This document shows, in pieces, positions 22,016 through 31,859 of a DNA stretch of 45,491 bases. The notes beneath the pieces are model-generated. The model was given only the letters and a program-made list of their open reading frames with translations, made no database searches and was not told the DNA's origin. The position numbers and the translations under genes were made by a program. Numbering within the stretch: position 1 is the first letter of the stretch; the number at the start of each line of letters is the position of its first letter. The DNA is from Escherichia phage fEg-Eco06, in sequence record PQ141284.1. One strand, written 5' to 3'.

Positions 22016-24347
22016 TGTAGCTAGTTTAGTAGTAAAAGTAACAGAGCAAGGCGCGAAAGCCACATCAGACCGTCTTGACAACCTTTCAAAGTCCGCAAAA
22101 GTAGCGGGGGCCGCCGTAGCAGGCCTTGCTTCTATCGTAGCGGCTACCGCGTATAAAGCTGCCCAAGAACTGGTTGACTCACAGCGGCAACTGGACAAGA
22201 TGTCCGCCAGTTTGAAGACCTTAACAGGAAGTACCCAAGGTGCTAAACAGGCGCTAAGTATCCTGCAAGATTTTGCCCGCGATACCCCATACGGACTGGA
22301 GCAGGCGGTGGAAGGCTTCCGTAAGCTGGTGGCCCTTGGCCTTACCCCATCCGAGGAGGCGTTGCGGTCCTACGGCAATACCGCATCGGCTATGGGCAAG
22401 GACCTTAATCAGATGATTGAGGCGGTAGCCGACGCCAGTACGTTTGAGTTCGAACGCCTAAAAGAATTCGGCATCAAAGCCAAGCAGAACAAAAACGACG
22501 TAGAGTTTACATTCCAGGGGACAACAACCGTAGTTAAGAAAAGCGCTGCCGATATTGAGCAGTATTTACTTAATATTGGTAACGTAAATTTTGCCGGTGC
22601 CATGGCGGACCAGGCCAACACCCTTAATGGCGCTATCGCGAGCGCCAGTGACTCATGGTCGCAGCTAAAAATGACGCTTGCCACCAGTCTTGATGTTGGC
22701 GCACTTGCGGAACCTATCAGGTATATCGATGACTTGATCCAGGAATTAAATGCGTCTGTTGCTTCCGGTGAATTAGCCGCTGAAATGCAGATGTGGGGCG
22801 ACATAGCGTCGGAAGTAGGAAGCGCTATCGAGATGTCATTCGACGCTGCGTTTGGCTTTGTTGGTGATGCCATCAACGGGCTTAATGAACTGTGGGATTT
22901 CAGCAGCAAGAGTATTACCGATAGCGGAGAACAAACGGCCACCACCATCGCTGAATCCGCCGCCGATGCTCTTGACTTCATCGCGGAAGAGTTCACCGCG
23001 ATGGAGAGATTCTTTGAAGATATGGTTAAAGGTGCTCAGGACGCTGGCCGTCTTGTACGCGCCGCTTTTACCCCCGGGGAATCAGTAGACGTAGCTAAAA
23101 ATATCAACTTCCAGCTTGGCATGGCTTTGGGTACCCAGCGCGATGTCGCCGACGTTACGCGTAAAAGTTTCCGCGAACAGGTAGAAGCTCAACAGGATAT
23201 TGTAGCGTTAAAACGCGCGGCGTATGACATCGATAAGGAGTCCGCAAAAGCTGAGGGGTTAAACAAATTTAAGGTAACCGAAACCGGCGGCGGTTCTGAC
23301 GATGACGGGTCAGCCGCAAAAGCCGCTAAGAAAGCAGCGGACGCGTTCGAGCGCCAGAAAAAGGCGGCGGAAGACTTCTACTATCAGTCAATCCATCTTA
23401 ATGATGACGTATTTCAGAAAATAGAAGCTAACCAGGAAGAGCAACTGTCTAAGTTGCAGGATTTTTATAGCAATAAGCTTCTTAGCGACCAACAGTACGA
23501 AAACGCCAAGACGCAGATTATGCTCTCTGCCGAACAGGCCCGCCAGGAAGAACTGGACAAGAAAAGGAAAGAAGCCCAGGAGAAGCAGCAGAAAGGTGAT
23601 GATTTCATGGCTCAGATTATGGGCCAGAACGCCACCGAGCTTGAGCTTCTGGATATTCAGGAACAGCAGAAACTGGCGGTAGCCGATAAGTACCGGGAAC
23701 AAGGTCTGATTAGCGAGAAGCAGTATCAGGCCGCGCTTAACGCCATCAACGAGCAGTACGCAACCAAGCGTGCCGACGCAACGGCAACAGCTTTCGGTAA
23801 CATGGCCTCAAACATCGGGTCTGCGTTGGGCGAGGCTTCTGGCGCGTATAAGGCATTCGCTATCGTACAGGCTACTATAGCCACGTACACCGCAGCTATT
23901 GAGGCATACAAGTCAACGGCGGCTATCCCTGTAGTCGGTCCGTTCCTGGCCCCAGTAGCCGCTGCTGCTGCTGTTGGGGCCGGTATGGCGCAGGTTTCCG
24001 CTATCAGGTCCGCGCGTGAACAGGGCGGTCAGTTATCAGCAGGACAGGCATCTACCATCGCCGAACGCGGTAAACCTGAGGTAATTATGCCGGCGGGGGC
24101 GTCGCGAGTACGCACCGCGCAACAAATGAAAGAGATTATGGGCCAAAACGGGTCTTCTTCCGGCCCATCTAATGTTACTATCGTAAACAACACGAGTTCG
24201 CAAATCGGCAACGTATCTACTGAACAGGATGATGAAGGGCGTCTGCGCATCATCATCGAGGAGCAGGTAGCTGCCTCTTTGCAGAACAGTAATAGTAAGA
24301 TTAGCAAGGCCCGCAAGGCCACAAGAAACGCGCCGGGGTTTAAATAA
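22008..24347 (+). CDS. tape measure protein
   Basis: 779 aa. Ala-rich and helical, with hydrophobic GAGMA stretches near the C-terminus. Position is after the chaperones. Confidence 0.85.
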   Translation: MADVASLVVKVTEQGAKATSDRLDNLSKSAKVAGAAVAGLASIVAATAYKAAQELVDSQRQLDKMSASLKTLTGSTQGAKQALSILQDFARDTPYGLEQAVEGFRKLVALGLTPSEEALRSYGNTASAMGKDLNQMIEAVADASTFEFERLKEFGIKAKQNKNDVEFTFQGTTTVVKKSAADIEQYLLNIGNVNFAGAMADQANTLNGAIASASDSWSQLKMTLATSLDVGALAEPIRYIDDLIQELNASVASGELAAEMQMWGDIASEVGSAIEMSFDAAFGFVGDAINGLNELWDFSSKSITDSGEQTATTIAESAADALDFIAEEFTAMERFFEDMVKGAQDAGRLVRAAFTPGESVDVAKNINFQLGMALGTQRDVADVTRKSFREQVEAQQDIVALKRAAYDIDKESAKAEGLNKFKVTETGGGSDDDGSAAKAAKKAADAFERQKKAAEDFYYQSIHLNDDVFQKIEANQEEQLSKLQDFYSNKLLSDQQYENAKTQIMLSAEQARQEELDKKRKEAQEKQQKGDDFMAQIMGQNATELELLDIQEQQKLAVADKYREQGLISEKQYQAALNAINEQYATKRADATATAFGNMASNIGSALGEASGAYKAFAIVQATIATYTAAIEAYKSTAAIPVVGPFLAPVAAAAAVGAGMAQVSAIRSAREQGGQLSAGQASTIAERGKPEVIMPAGASRVRTAQQMKEIMGQNGSSSGPSNVTIVNNTSSQIGNVSTEQDDEGRLRIIIEEQVAASLQNSNSKISKARKATRNAPGFK

Positions 24348-25744
24348 TGAGCGACTTATACTTTCCACGTAGCCTTAAGCCGGTGGTATCAAAAGGCTAC
24401 TCAATGACCAGACGTAACAACGTCTGGAGTGTAGATTTAGCCGGTGGCGGGGTGCGTCAGGGCCGTGACACGTATTACGACGTGTTCCCTGTTAGCGTAA
24501 CCCTGATTACATCCGCAATGGGGCGACAGGCGTTTCTGTCGTTCCTCGAAAAAGTAGACGGCGGTGCGTCAAGTTTCTGGATGGCGCACGACTTCGGCAT
24601 GGGCATTGAGGATTACCAGGTAACAATTACATCCACCATCGCGGAGTCCACCGAAGACGGCATTAACTGGACGATTACCTTCACGGCAACCGCCGAGAAA
24701 TCGCCGTTCCAGGACCAAGAGAACCAGTGCCTGATTAACAATCTTCCAGATTTGTACGGTTGTTACGGGGATTGTCTGGGTAGTTTCCTGAAAATATACG
24801 CGAACTACGAAACTACGTTCCCGCGCATCTGGAGCAATGAATGGCCTGCCGGGTATCCACCGATTAACCTTCTGGCGTCGACTCTTGATAGCCGCATTGT
24901 TTACGATGGGCCACAGGTTTACTACATCAACAGAAATGGCAATCTTGTGCAGTCCGCCGCCAATGAATGGCCTCTTACGTTCATTGATGGTGTTGCGGTC
25001 GGGCGTGTGCCGCCAGAATCCACATCCAGCAATATCCTGATTAAATCGTCGAAATTATCTGACGCATCGTGGGTTAAAACTAGAGCAACAGTGTCGGACG
25101 CAGTTGACGGATTTCTAAACGGCGGTACGTTCTCACTAGTCCCGACCCAGACAAACGACAGCCATCTCGTATATCAATCGGTGTCTTCCGCTTTTGCGGA
25201 GGGTGATGTATACACTCTCAGTTACGTTGCTAAGGCATATGGTTATAATTATGCGAGACTTCGCGCCGCTGATGATGCTGGGTTTATCGCGGATTGTGTT
25301 GCTAACTTATCGACAGGGGTTATTTACGCGGGCGCCCCCGGCAGCGATATAGCAGAGCTTGGCGATGGTTGGTATCGATTTACAGAAACGGTAGCTATAC
25401 GCCAGGGCGGCGCATCTTCTCTGCTTTTAGCGTCATGGGTGTACAACAACTCCGCTGTTGGTTCATTTGTCGGTGACGGGGTTAGTGGGATATTAGTGTG
25501 CGCGATGCAAATAGAAAAATCACCTTTTGCCACGTCGCCAATAGTAACAGAATCGTCACCGGTAACCCGAACGACGGCATCAGCAAAAGTAACCATGAAT
25601 GGCGCGACAAGCATTGACATTACCTACTCCGACGGCTCCGTGATAAACGTTCAGGCTGTTGACGGTTACGCCTCCATACCACAAGCGGATTCGGCGTGGG
25701 GTAGTAAATACATCACTCGTATTGATTTTAATGTGGACGGTTAA
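24347..25744 (+). CDS. distal/minor tail protein with C-terminal extension
   Basis: 465 aa. First gene after the tape measure gene, with an ATGA overlap. Confidence 0.55.
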   Translation: MSDLYFPRSLKPVVSKGYSMTRRNNVWSVDLAGGGVRQGRDTYYDVFPVSVTLITSAMGRQAFLSFLEKVDGGASSFWMAHDFGMGIEDYQVTITSTIAESTEDGINWTITFTATAEKSPFQDQENQCLINNLPDLYGCYGDCLGSFLKIYANYETTFPRIWSNEWPAGYPPINLLASTLDSRIVYDGPQVYYINRNGNLVQSAANEWPLTFIDGVAVGRVPPESTSSNILIKSSKLSDASWVKTRATVSDAVDGFLNGGTFSLVPTQTNDSHLVYQSVSSAFAEGDVYTLSYVAKAYGYNYARLRAADDAGFIADCVANLSTGVIYAGAPGSDIAELGDGWYRFTETVAIRQGGASSLLLASWVYNNSAVGSFVGDGVSGILVCAMQIEKSPFATSPIVTESSPVTRTTASAKVTMNGATSIDITYSDGSVINVQAVDGYASIPQADSAWGSKYITRIDFNVDG

Positions 25745-25747
25745 TTT

Positions 25748-26263
25748 ATGAGCCAGGAATCTGTAGAAGCCGCCTATCGCCGTAAGCTGGCCTCAAATCC
25801 CGACGGCGAGATGGACTACATCACGTTGCAAATCAGCCACCCGTTGCTGTCAAAGACGTACTATCTTGTGCGCGGGCTACAGGAACTTACGGCAACGCTG
25901 GAGACGGGAGAAACAATCACGTTCGAACCTACTCCTATGGAAGCGTCGGGTGCGGCTAACAACAGTGATATGGACCAGACGACGACATTTACTTTACCGG
26001 ATATTCTCAATCAACTTGACGATGAGATGGATAAAATCCCGATGAGCAATACCGAGTTGCCGAAGTTCGTCTTCCGCCGTTACGTCAGCACCGACCTGTC
26101 TTACCCGGCGGATGGCCCTGTCGTGTACGAGTTACAGGCCATCAACCAGGAGAAGGGCGAGTTCTCTGCGGATGTCGGTACACCTATGCTGAACCAACGA
26201 AGCACTGGTATACTGATGACACCTAAAGAGATACCGTTATTACGCGGCCTGTTGACTACATGA
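25748..26263 (+). CDS. minor tail protein (gpL-position, DUF1833-like)
   Basis: 171 aa. Called from synteny between the gpM-like and gpK-like genes. Confidence 0.5.
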   Translation: MSQESVEAAYRRKLASNPDGEMDYITLQISHPLLSKTYYLVRGLQELTATLETGETITFEPTPMEASGAANNSDMDQTTTFTLPDILNQLDDEMDKIPMSNTELPKFVFRRYVSTDLSYPADGPVVYELQAINQEKGEFSADVGTPMLNQRSTGILMTPKEIPLLRGLLTT

Positions 26264-26625
26264 ATATTAACGACTACACGGGAATACCTTACGACTTTCG
26301 CAAACGTAATTGCTGGCATCACGTGCGCATTGTCCGCGCGGATGCCGGGTTAGAAACCCCAGCGTTCGACGTTGCAAGCCCAACGGCGATTAACGAAGCG
26401 TTCGACGAAGGACATCGCAACACGAAGGGACTTACAAAAATTGATAAGCCTGAAAACTTCTGTGCGGTGCTTATGGGGTATCGCCGCGGCGGTCGTATCG
26501 TGTGGCACGCAGGAGTTTACTTCGACGGGATGGTGAGCCATTGCGAGCTTGCTTCCCGTCAGGTACGGCTTGACAGGCTGGCGGATCTCAGAGACACGTA
26601 CACGGAGATTGAATTTTGGCGATAA
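26260..26625 (+). CDS. tail tip assembly protein, NlpC/P60-like (gpK-position)
   Basis: 121 aa. FRKRNCWHHVR provides the Cys and a downstream WHAGVY provides the His of a papain-like pair. Confidence 0.5.
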   Translation: MNINDYTGIPYDFRKRNCWHHVRIVRADAGLETPAFDVASPTAINEAFDEGHRNTKGLTKIDKPENFCAVLMGYRRGGRIVWHAGVYFDGMVSHCELASRQVRLDRLADLRDTYTEIEFWR

Positions 26626-29183
26626 TCCTGCACTACACGCGAAACGCTGATGGCGCTTTCAACCGTACAAAACACGTCGGGATGCCGATGGAGTTTGTCG
26701 TTAACCGTATCCCGGACGGCGTTCCGGTACGCGTCTATCTTGGCGAGATTGGTGATGATACTGATGTTACAGACGACTTCGACGCGCTCAAAGACGAGGA
26801 CGCCGTGTACCACATTATTGAGGGCGCTGGCGGCGGCATTGGCGACGCCATCGGGAGTGTATTCAGTTTCATCCTTAAGCCAATCGCCAAATTGTTCGGG
26901 CTAAACACAGCGGCTAACGCTAATTATTCCGCTACCAACAATCAGGCTACGTCGCCTAACAACAGTCTTACTGACCGCTCGAACAAGCCACGTCCTTATG
27001 AACGTTCTTATGACATCTGCGGGACAGTGCAGACTATACCCAATGACCTGATGCAGACGTATAAGGTGTTTAACGCCACGGGGGCGCTTATTGAATATGC
27101 GTACTATGACGCCGGTCGAGGGTATCTGCATATTGAGGAAGACGGTGTAACTGAGGCAGATACCCGAATCAGCGAGATAACTGGCTCGTCGGTGACGGTG
27201 TATTCTCCTTACACTTCGCCGAATAACACCAGCACACCACAATTGCATATCGGCGACCCTATAGACCAGAAATTGTACGTTACATTTAAAAACGCCGATG
27301 TCGATGGCGCTGTTCTTCCCGCCCCTAATGATATCGCTATAGACGTGCAGGACTACACTGTCCAGCGGCAGGGAACAACCGGCGTTGTAGTAGGCGATGA
27401 CGCTGGTTTCGATGAGTTTTTGGCGGTCGGGGACCTGGCATACTTCGATAACGTATATGCGGATACAACCCCAGGGTCTTTGGGTAATGAGGTTAACCTG
27501 GACGGGAGGTACACGGTTCTTTCTGTTAGTGAAACGACCCTTATTGTGGACGTCAGTACAAATCAATCAATATGGAACCAGCTAGGGTCATCGGTGTGGT
27601 TTATAGGTGAAGAGGGTAACCATCTCATAGGTCCGGCGGACACTTACGCGGCTTCCCTCTCTGAATGGGCGTACATCACCCGCGGTACGGTCAACCGTGT
27701 TGTAGCCAATGTCGCCGCCAGCAACGGCATGTATAAATATAACGGCGATTATAACCGTGCCTCCGTTACGGTGGAACTGCAATACCAGATGGTGGACGAA
27801 TTGAAACAGCCCGTTGGTGGCATATTCACCGTGCAAGGCACTGTTACGGGGAGAAACACCGATTACACTGGTATTACCCTATACGGAAGCTTGCCTACCG
27901 CTTCCAGATTCCGCGCCCGTATGCGCCGTGTTTCCGATACTGATAAAGATTTTGAGGGTACTGTTAGCGACGAGGTTACTTTCACTAATCTGTACGGGCA
28001 GTCACTGGATACAACCCCGCACTACGGCAACCGCACTACTGTACACTGCGCTCGTAAACAAACCCCACGTGCCGCCGAGGTGTCAGAACCGGAACTGCGC
28101 ATGATTGCTACCGAGATGTGCTACAAATACTTAGGTAACGGCGTATTCGATACGGTAATGACACCGAACACTCAGGCCGTGCAGTCGCTAATCAGGCTGG
28201 CGCGTGACCCTGTGGTGGGTAATCTGGAACTGACAACGGCAAATATGGACAAGTTACTTGCCGTGCAGGAAGAAATTGAGTCGTATTTTGGCAGTGAATT
28301 AGCCGGGCAGTTCTGCTACACATTCGACGACTACGACACAACCATGCAAGACATCGTTCAGACCATCGCGGAAGCCGTGTTTTGTACGGCATACCGTAAA
28401 GGTGCTGATATTATGCTGCGATTCGACCGTCCTGTTGCGGGGCCTGAGATGGTTTTCACCCACCGCAGCAAAACGACCGGTACGGAGAAATGGACGCGCA
28501 CGTTCAACGATTCGACAACCTACGATAGCCTGTCGTTCTCGTACATTGACCCGGATACAAACGTACAGGAGACGATTTATATCCCGGAAGAACTCGGCGC
28601 GAACACCGAGGAGTACGAATCGAAGGGTGTACGTAACTATCAGCAAGCGTACTGGCTGGCGTGGCGTCGCTACCAGCGCAACACGTTAAGTAAAGTTGTC
28701 GTAGAGTTCGAAGCTACCGAAGAAGGCGCTCTCGCTACTCCCGGCGGCGTAATCAGCGTGGTTAAAGGTTCACGTATCGCGCCTCAGGATGGTTATGTTG
28801 TTGCCGTTAATGGGCTTACGCTGACACTGTCGCAACCTGTTACGTTTACCCCCGGCGATGACCACTCCATCATCCTCAAGAAGCGCGATGGCTCCGTGCA
28901 GAGTATTTCTGTTATCAAAGGAAGCCACGACCGCGAGGTGATTATGCTCTCCGCGCCGGAGGAGGCAATCTACACGGGGAATAGCGCACTAAAAACTGAG
29001 TTTTCATTCGGCAACGAAGCAAGGCATAATGCTCAGAAGATAGTTGTTTCTTCAATCGACCCCGGCGACGACCGCACGGTCAAGATTACTGGTTACAACT
29101 ATGACGACGGATTCTATAAATACGACGGCGTCGCGCCATACGGCAGCAGCTTCTCCGACGGATTCAGCAATGGTTTTAATTAA
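26616..29183 (+). CDS. central tail fibre / host specificity protein (gpJ-like) with gpI-like N-terminal segment
   Basis: 855 aa. The N-terminal ~95 aa end in GAGGGIGDAIGSVFSFILKPIAKLFG, a gpI-like Gly-rich hydrophobic tail. The rest is at the position of a J-type tip protein. Confidence 0.6.
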   Translation: MAIILHYTRNADGAFNRTKHVGMPMEFVVNRIPDGVPVRVYLGEIGDDTDVTDDFDALKDEDAVYHIIEGAGGGIGDAIGSVFSFILKPIAKLFGLNTAANANYSATNNQATSPNNSLTDRSNKPRPYERSYDICGTVQTIPNDLMQTYKVFNATGALIEYAYYDAGRGYLHIEEDGVTEADTRISEITGSSVTVYSPYTSPNNTSTPQLHIGDPIDQKLYVTFKNADVDGAVLPAPNDIAIDVQDYTVQRQGTTGVVVGDDAGFDEFLAVGDLAYFDNVYADTTPGSLGNEVNLDGRYTVLSVSETTLIVDVSTNQSIWNQLGSSVWFIGEEGNHLIGPADTYAASLSEWAYITRGTVNRVVANVAASNGMYKYNGDYNRASVTVELQYQMVDELKQPVGGIFTVQGTVTGRNTDYTGITLYGSLPTASRFRARMRRVSDTDKDFEGTVSDEVTFTNLYGQSLDTTPHYGNRTTVHCARKQTPRAAEVSEPELRMIATEMCYKYLGNGVFDTVMTPNTQAVQSLIRLARDPVVGNLELTTANMDKLLAVQEEIESYFGSELAGQFCYTFDDYDTTMQDIVQTIAEAVFCTAYRKGADIMLRFDRPVAGPEMVFTHRSKTTGTEKWTRTFNDSTTYDSLSFSYIDPDTNVQETIYIPEELGANTEEYESKGVRNYQQAYWLAWRRYQRNTLSKVVVEFEATEEGALATPGGVISVVKGSRIAPQDGYVVAVNGLTLTLSQPVTFTPGDDHSIILKKRDGSVQSISVIKGSHDREVIMLSAPEEAIYTGNSALKTEFSFGNEARHNAQKIVVSSIDPGDDRTVKITGYNYDDGFYKYDGVAPYGSSFSDGFSNGFN

Positions 29184-29195
29184 AGAGGACTCTAT

Positions 29196-31181
29196 ATGTC
29201 AAGCGGATGCGGTGACGTTTTAAGCCTGGCGGATTTACAGACCGCCAAGAAACATCAGATTTTCGAGGCCGAGGTTATCACTGGCAAATCCGGCGGTGTA
29301 GCTACGGGTGCAGACATTGATTACGCAACAAATCAGGTTACCGGGCAGACGCAGAAGACGCTTCCTGCCGTGTTGCGCGACGCGGGTTTTTCTCCGGTGT
29401 CATGGGATTTCTCCACAGGCGGCACGTTAACCGTTAACGACCGGGACAAGGTGGTGTATGACCCTGTTAGCGAAACATGGTACTCGTACGCAGGTACGTT
29501 ACCAGTTGTTGTCCCTGCATCGTTTAATCCAGTCGGTAACGCTAACTGGAAGCCGCAGACAGACCCAAATTTGCGTAATGATTTGGCGTCAAGTACCGCC
29601 GGTTTGGGGGCTTCACTGGTGTCTTTTTCCAACGGTAACACCGTTGAAACATTATCTGACGCGGACGGTGCCAAGAACATAGGCAGCGGCGAAAGGAGTT
29701 TGCTTGCACGTAACAATGATATTAAGCATTCAGGAGACTTCTCTACCCTGCAAGCTGCAGTAGATGCATCGTTACCGAAAAATGACTTACTTATTTCCCC
29801 TGGTGAATATACTGAAAAAGTTACTATTGGTAGCGCACAGTTAAAAGGCGTTGGTGGGGCTGTAGTACTAAAAACACCAGCAGACTTTACAAACACTGTT
29901 CAGGTTAATTTGTCGACGCCTCATTGGCAATTCCGCCATAGTGGCGGTTTTGCTATAGATGGTTCTGGTACAACCGGGGCCGTAGGTATTAGTTTTGACC
30001 CGTCAGACCAATATTCCGGACGTCATAATTTTAGTGATTTATACATACACAACATCAACAAGGCAATTCAGAAGCCTTCCGGGAACATCGGTAATACATG
30101 GAGAAATATTGGGGTATCTACGTGTGATTGGGGGTATTACGCGATTAGTGGCTCAGAGATGCATTGCGGGGCCGATACCCTCTACAATATCCACTTCGAC
30201 GGCATCTCCACCTATGCCGTCTACCTAAACGGCACTGTCGATAACGGCGGGATAGGCGGATGGTGGCTTAAAGACTCCATTATTGAGGCTTCCGGAGGCG
30301 GCGGGATATATTTAAAAAGCAAATCAGGTGACTGCCCTACATCTCCATGCGGGGTATCCAATGTATGGACGGAAGCGATTGCAACATCATCGGCTGTTCA
30401 GGTAGACGGCGTGGCGCAAAAACCGCGAGTTCTCAAGTTGGTAGACACCGCGATATTCTTTGCTGAGTATTCTTATCTCAACAACATCGAGCTATCCAAC
30501 TCCAACTTAGTAACTTATGGTTGCCGTTTTGACAACGCTGATGGTAATCAGGATATTGTAGTGGATGCACAAAGCACCATTGTAGCCCACGATGTGTATT
30601 TAAACGGCAGTTCTGGAAAGGACGTTATTGTAGAGTCTGTCGCGTCGCAATCCGCAACGGTAGCCACTACAAACTTGTCTCTGCGAGGAAATTTAACAAG
30701 GGGACGAGTGTTTAATACGCCGACGGGGAATAAGTTAAAAGCTATCACATTTGACTCAGGTAGCCATAATTTTTCTGGTAGCGGTACCGTTAACGGTTCG
30801 ACTGTATCTGACGGACTTCACGCCGCTACATGTACCGAATTTTCATTCCCTGGGTCCGGTTTATATGAAATGGTAGCGTCAAGAACGACACTTACATCCG
30901 GTAGATGGTACGTGTGGGGCGTCAACTCTCGCCTCCAATCAGGAACAGCAGATGTGAGTATAACGTCAGGTATTACTATGGGTAGCGTTTATACTAAGTC
31001 TGGTGAGTGGATTAGCACATTTGGGGTGGGTAAAGCTTCCGCTAACGGTACTGTAAGTCTGTACGTCTCTACTGCGGGAGGTTCAGGTGCTGTTATCAGA
31101 TTTAGCGACTTCTTCATCGCTGAGTTTACGACGCAGGCTCAGGCTTTAGCTTTCGCTAACTCCAGAATGTCGTTGGCTTAA
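29196..31181 (+). CDS. tailspike / receptor-binding protein with parallel beta-helix-like body
   Basis: 661 aa. The N-terminal module is MSSGCGDVLSLADLQTAKKHQIFEAEVITGKSGG. The body has repetitive short hydrophobic/Gly/Asn rungs (e.g. GISFDPSD..., YAVYLNG..., GGIYLKS...). It is the last gene of the tail operon. Confidence 0.65.
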   Translation: MSSGCGDVLSLADLQTAKKHQIFEAEVITGKSGGVATGADIDYATNQVTGQTQKTLPAVLRDAGFSPVSWDFSTGGTLTVNDRDKVVYDPVSETWYSYAGTLPVVVPASFNPVGNANWKPQTDPNLRNDLASSTAGLGASLVSFSNGNTVETLSDADGAKNIGSGERSLLARNNDIKHSGDFSTLQAAVDASLPKNDLLISPGEYTEKVTIGSAQLKGVGGAVVLKTPADFTNTVQVNLSTPHWQFRHSGGFAIDGSGTTGAVGISFDPSDQYSGRHNFSDLYIHNINKAIQKPSGNIGNTWRNIGVSTCDWGYYAISGSEMHCGADTLYNIHFDGISTYAVYLNGTVDNGGIGGWWLKDSIIEASGGGGIYLKSKSGDCPTSPCGVSNVWTEAIATSSAVQVDGVAQKPRVLKLVDTAIFFAEYSYLNNIELSNSNLVTYGCRFDNADGNQDIVVDAQSTIVAHDVYLNGSSGKDVIVESVASQSATVATTNLSLRGNLTRGRVFNTPTGNKLKAITFDSGSHNFSGSGTVNGSTVSDGLHAATCTEFSFPGSGLYEMVASRTTLTSGRWYVWGVNSRLQSGTADVSITSGITMGSVYTKSGEWISTFGVGKASANGTVSLYVSTAGGSGAVIRFSDFFIAEFTTQAQALAFANSRMSLA

Positions 31182-31185
31182 AACT

Positions 31186-31210
31186 AAGGCCCCAAACGGG
31201 GCCTTTTCTC
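31186..31210. terminator. bidirectional rho-independent terminator
   Basis: AAGGCCCC, loop AAAC, GGGGCCTT, then TTCTC. Lies between convergent operons. Confidence 0.7.
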
Positions 31211-31347
31211 TACTCTTCTGATAACTTCTCCAGTACAAACGCCAGTTGCGCATTAGCGGCGTCTCTTTGCTGGCGTAATCGTAGAACCTCTTCTTCAAGT
31301 TCCTTGATACGTTTTTGCAACGCCGGAATCGGGGCTGTGATGTTCAT
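31210..31347 (-). CDS. small coiled-coil protein (45 aa, below track cutoff)
   Basis: Hand translation gives MNITAPIPALQKRIKELEEEVLRLRQQRDAANAQLAFVLEKLSEE*. ATGA overlap with the upstream gene. Confidence 0.45.
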   Translation of the reverse strand: MNITAPIPALQKRIKELEEEVLRLRQQRDAANAQLAFVLEKLSEE

Positions 31348-31859
31348 TTGACAAATTTCCTCGCAAGATACGTTATTTCTTCTTCACAAAGTTCATCAAG
31401 GTCGTTAGATACAAATCCTCTGGTGAATGTTTTGCTGAACTTTAAGCCAGCTTTATCGTTGTCGCCAGCGCACACCCATTCATACGGCAAAAGTGACATT
31501 TGCTGCCGTAGGTCAGTTGGTATATTCGACCCAAGTGCGCTTACGGCATTGAACCCGCAATTCATCAAAGCAACAGCTTTAAATATGCTTTCGGTAACAA
31601 ATACTGTCCCACTTTCAGGAAGGTACTCCAACCCCCATAAGCAAGGTCTTGTTGTTCGGGTAAAATACCGCGCATCCTTTGGGTTCTTGCAGTTCTTTTC
31701 AGCATGTGGCTTGTAATGCTGGTACCCGCGTAGCTTACCGTCAAAGCCCCACAGGTAAAACGTAGCTACTCCAGGGCCTAAGACTACACGTAAACTGTCC
31801 GCGTCAAAACCTCGTGACAGCAGATGCGCCTTAAGTAGTAACTCCTCGCCATCCATCAT
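31344..31859 (-). CDS. Toprim-domain protein (primase-like)
   Basis: VFVTESIFKAVAL supplies the Toprim Glu and VCAGDNDKAG the DxD motif. Confidence 0.6.
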   Translation of the reverse strand: MMDGEELLLKAHLLSRGFDADSLRVVLGPGVATFYLWGFDGKLRGYQHYKPHAEKNCKNPKDARYFTRTTRPCLWGLEYLPESGTVFVTESIFKAVALMNCGFNAVSALGSNIPTDLRQQMSLLPYEWVCAGDNDKAGLKFSKTFTRGFVSNDLDELCEEEITYLARKFVK

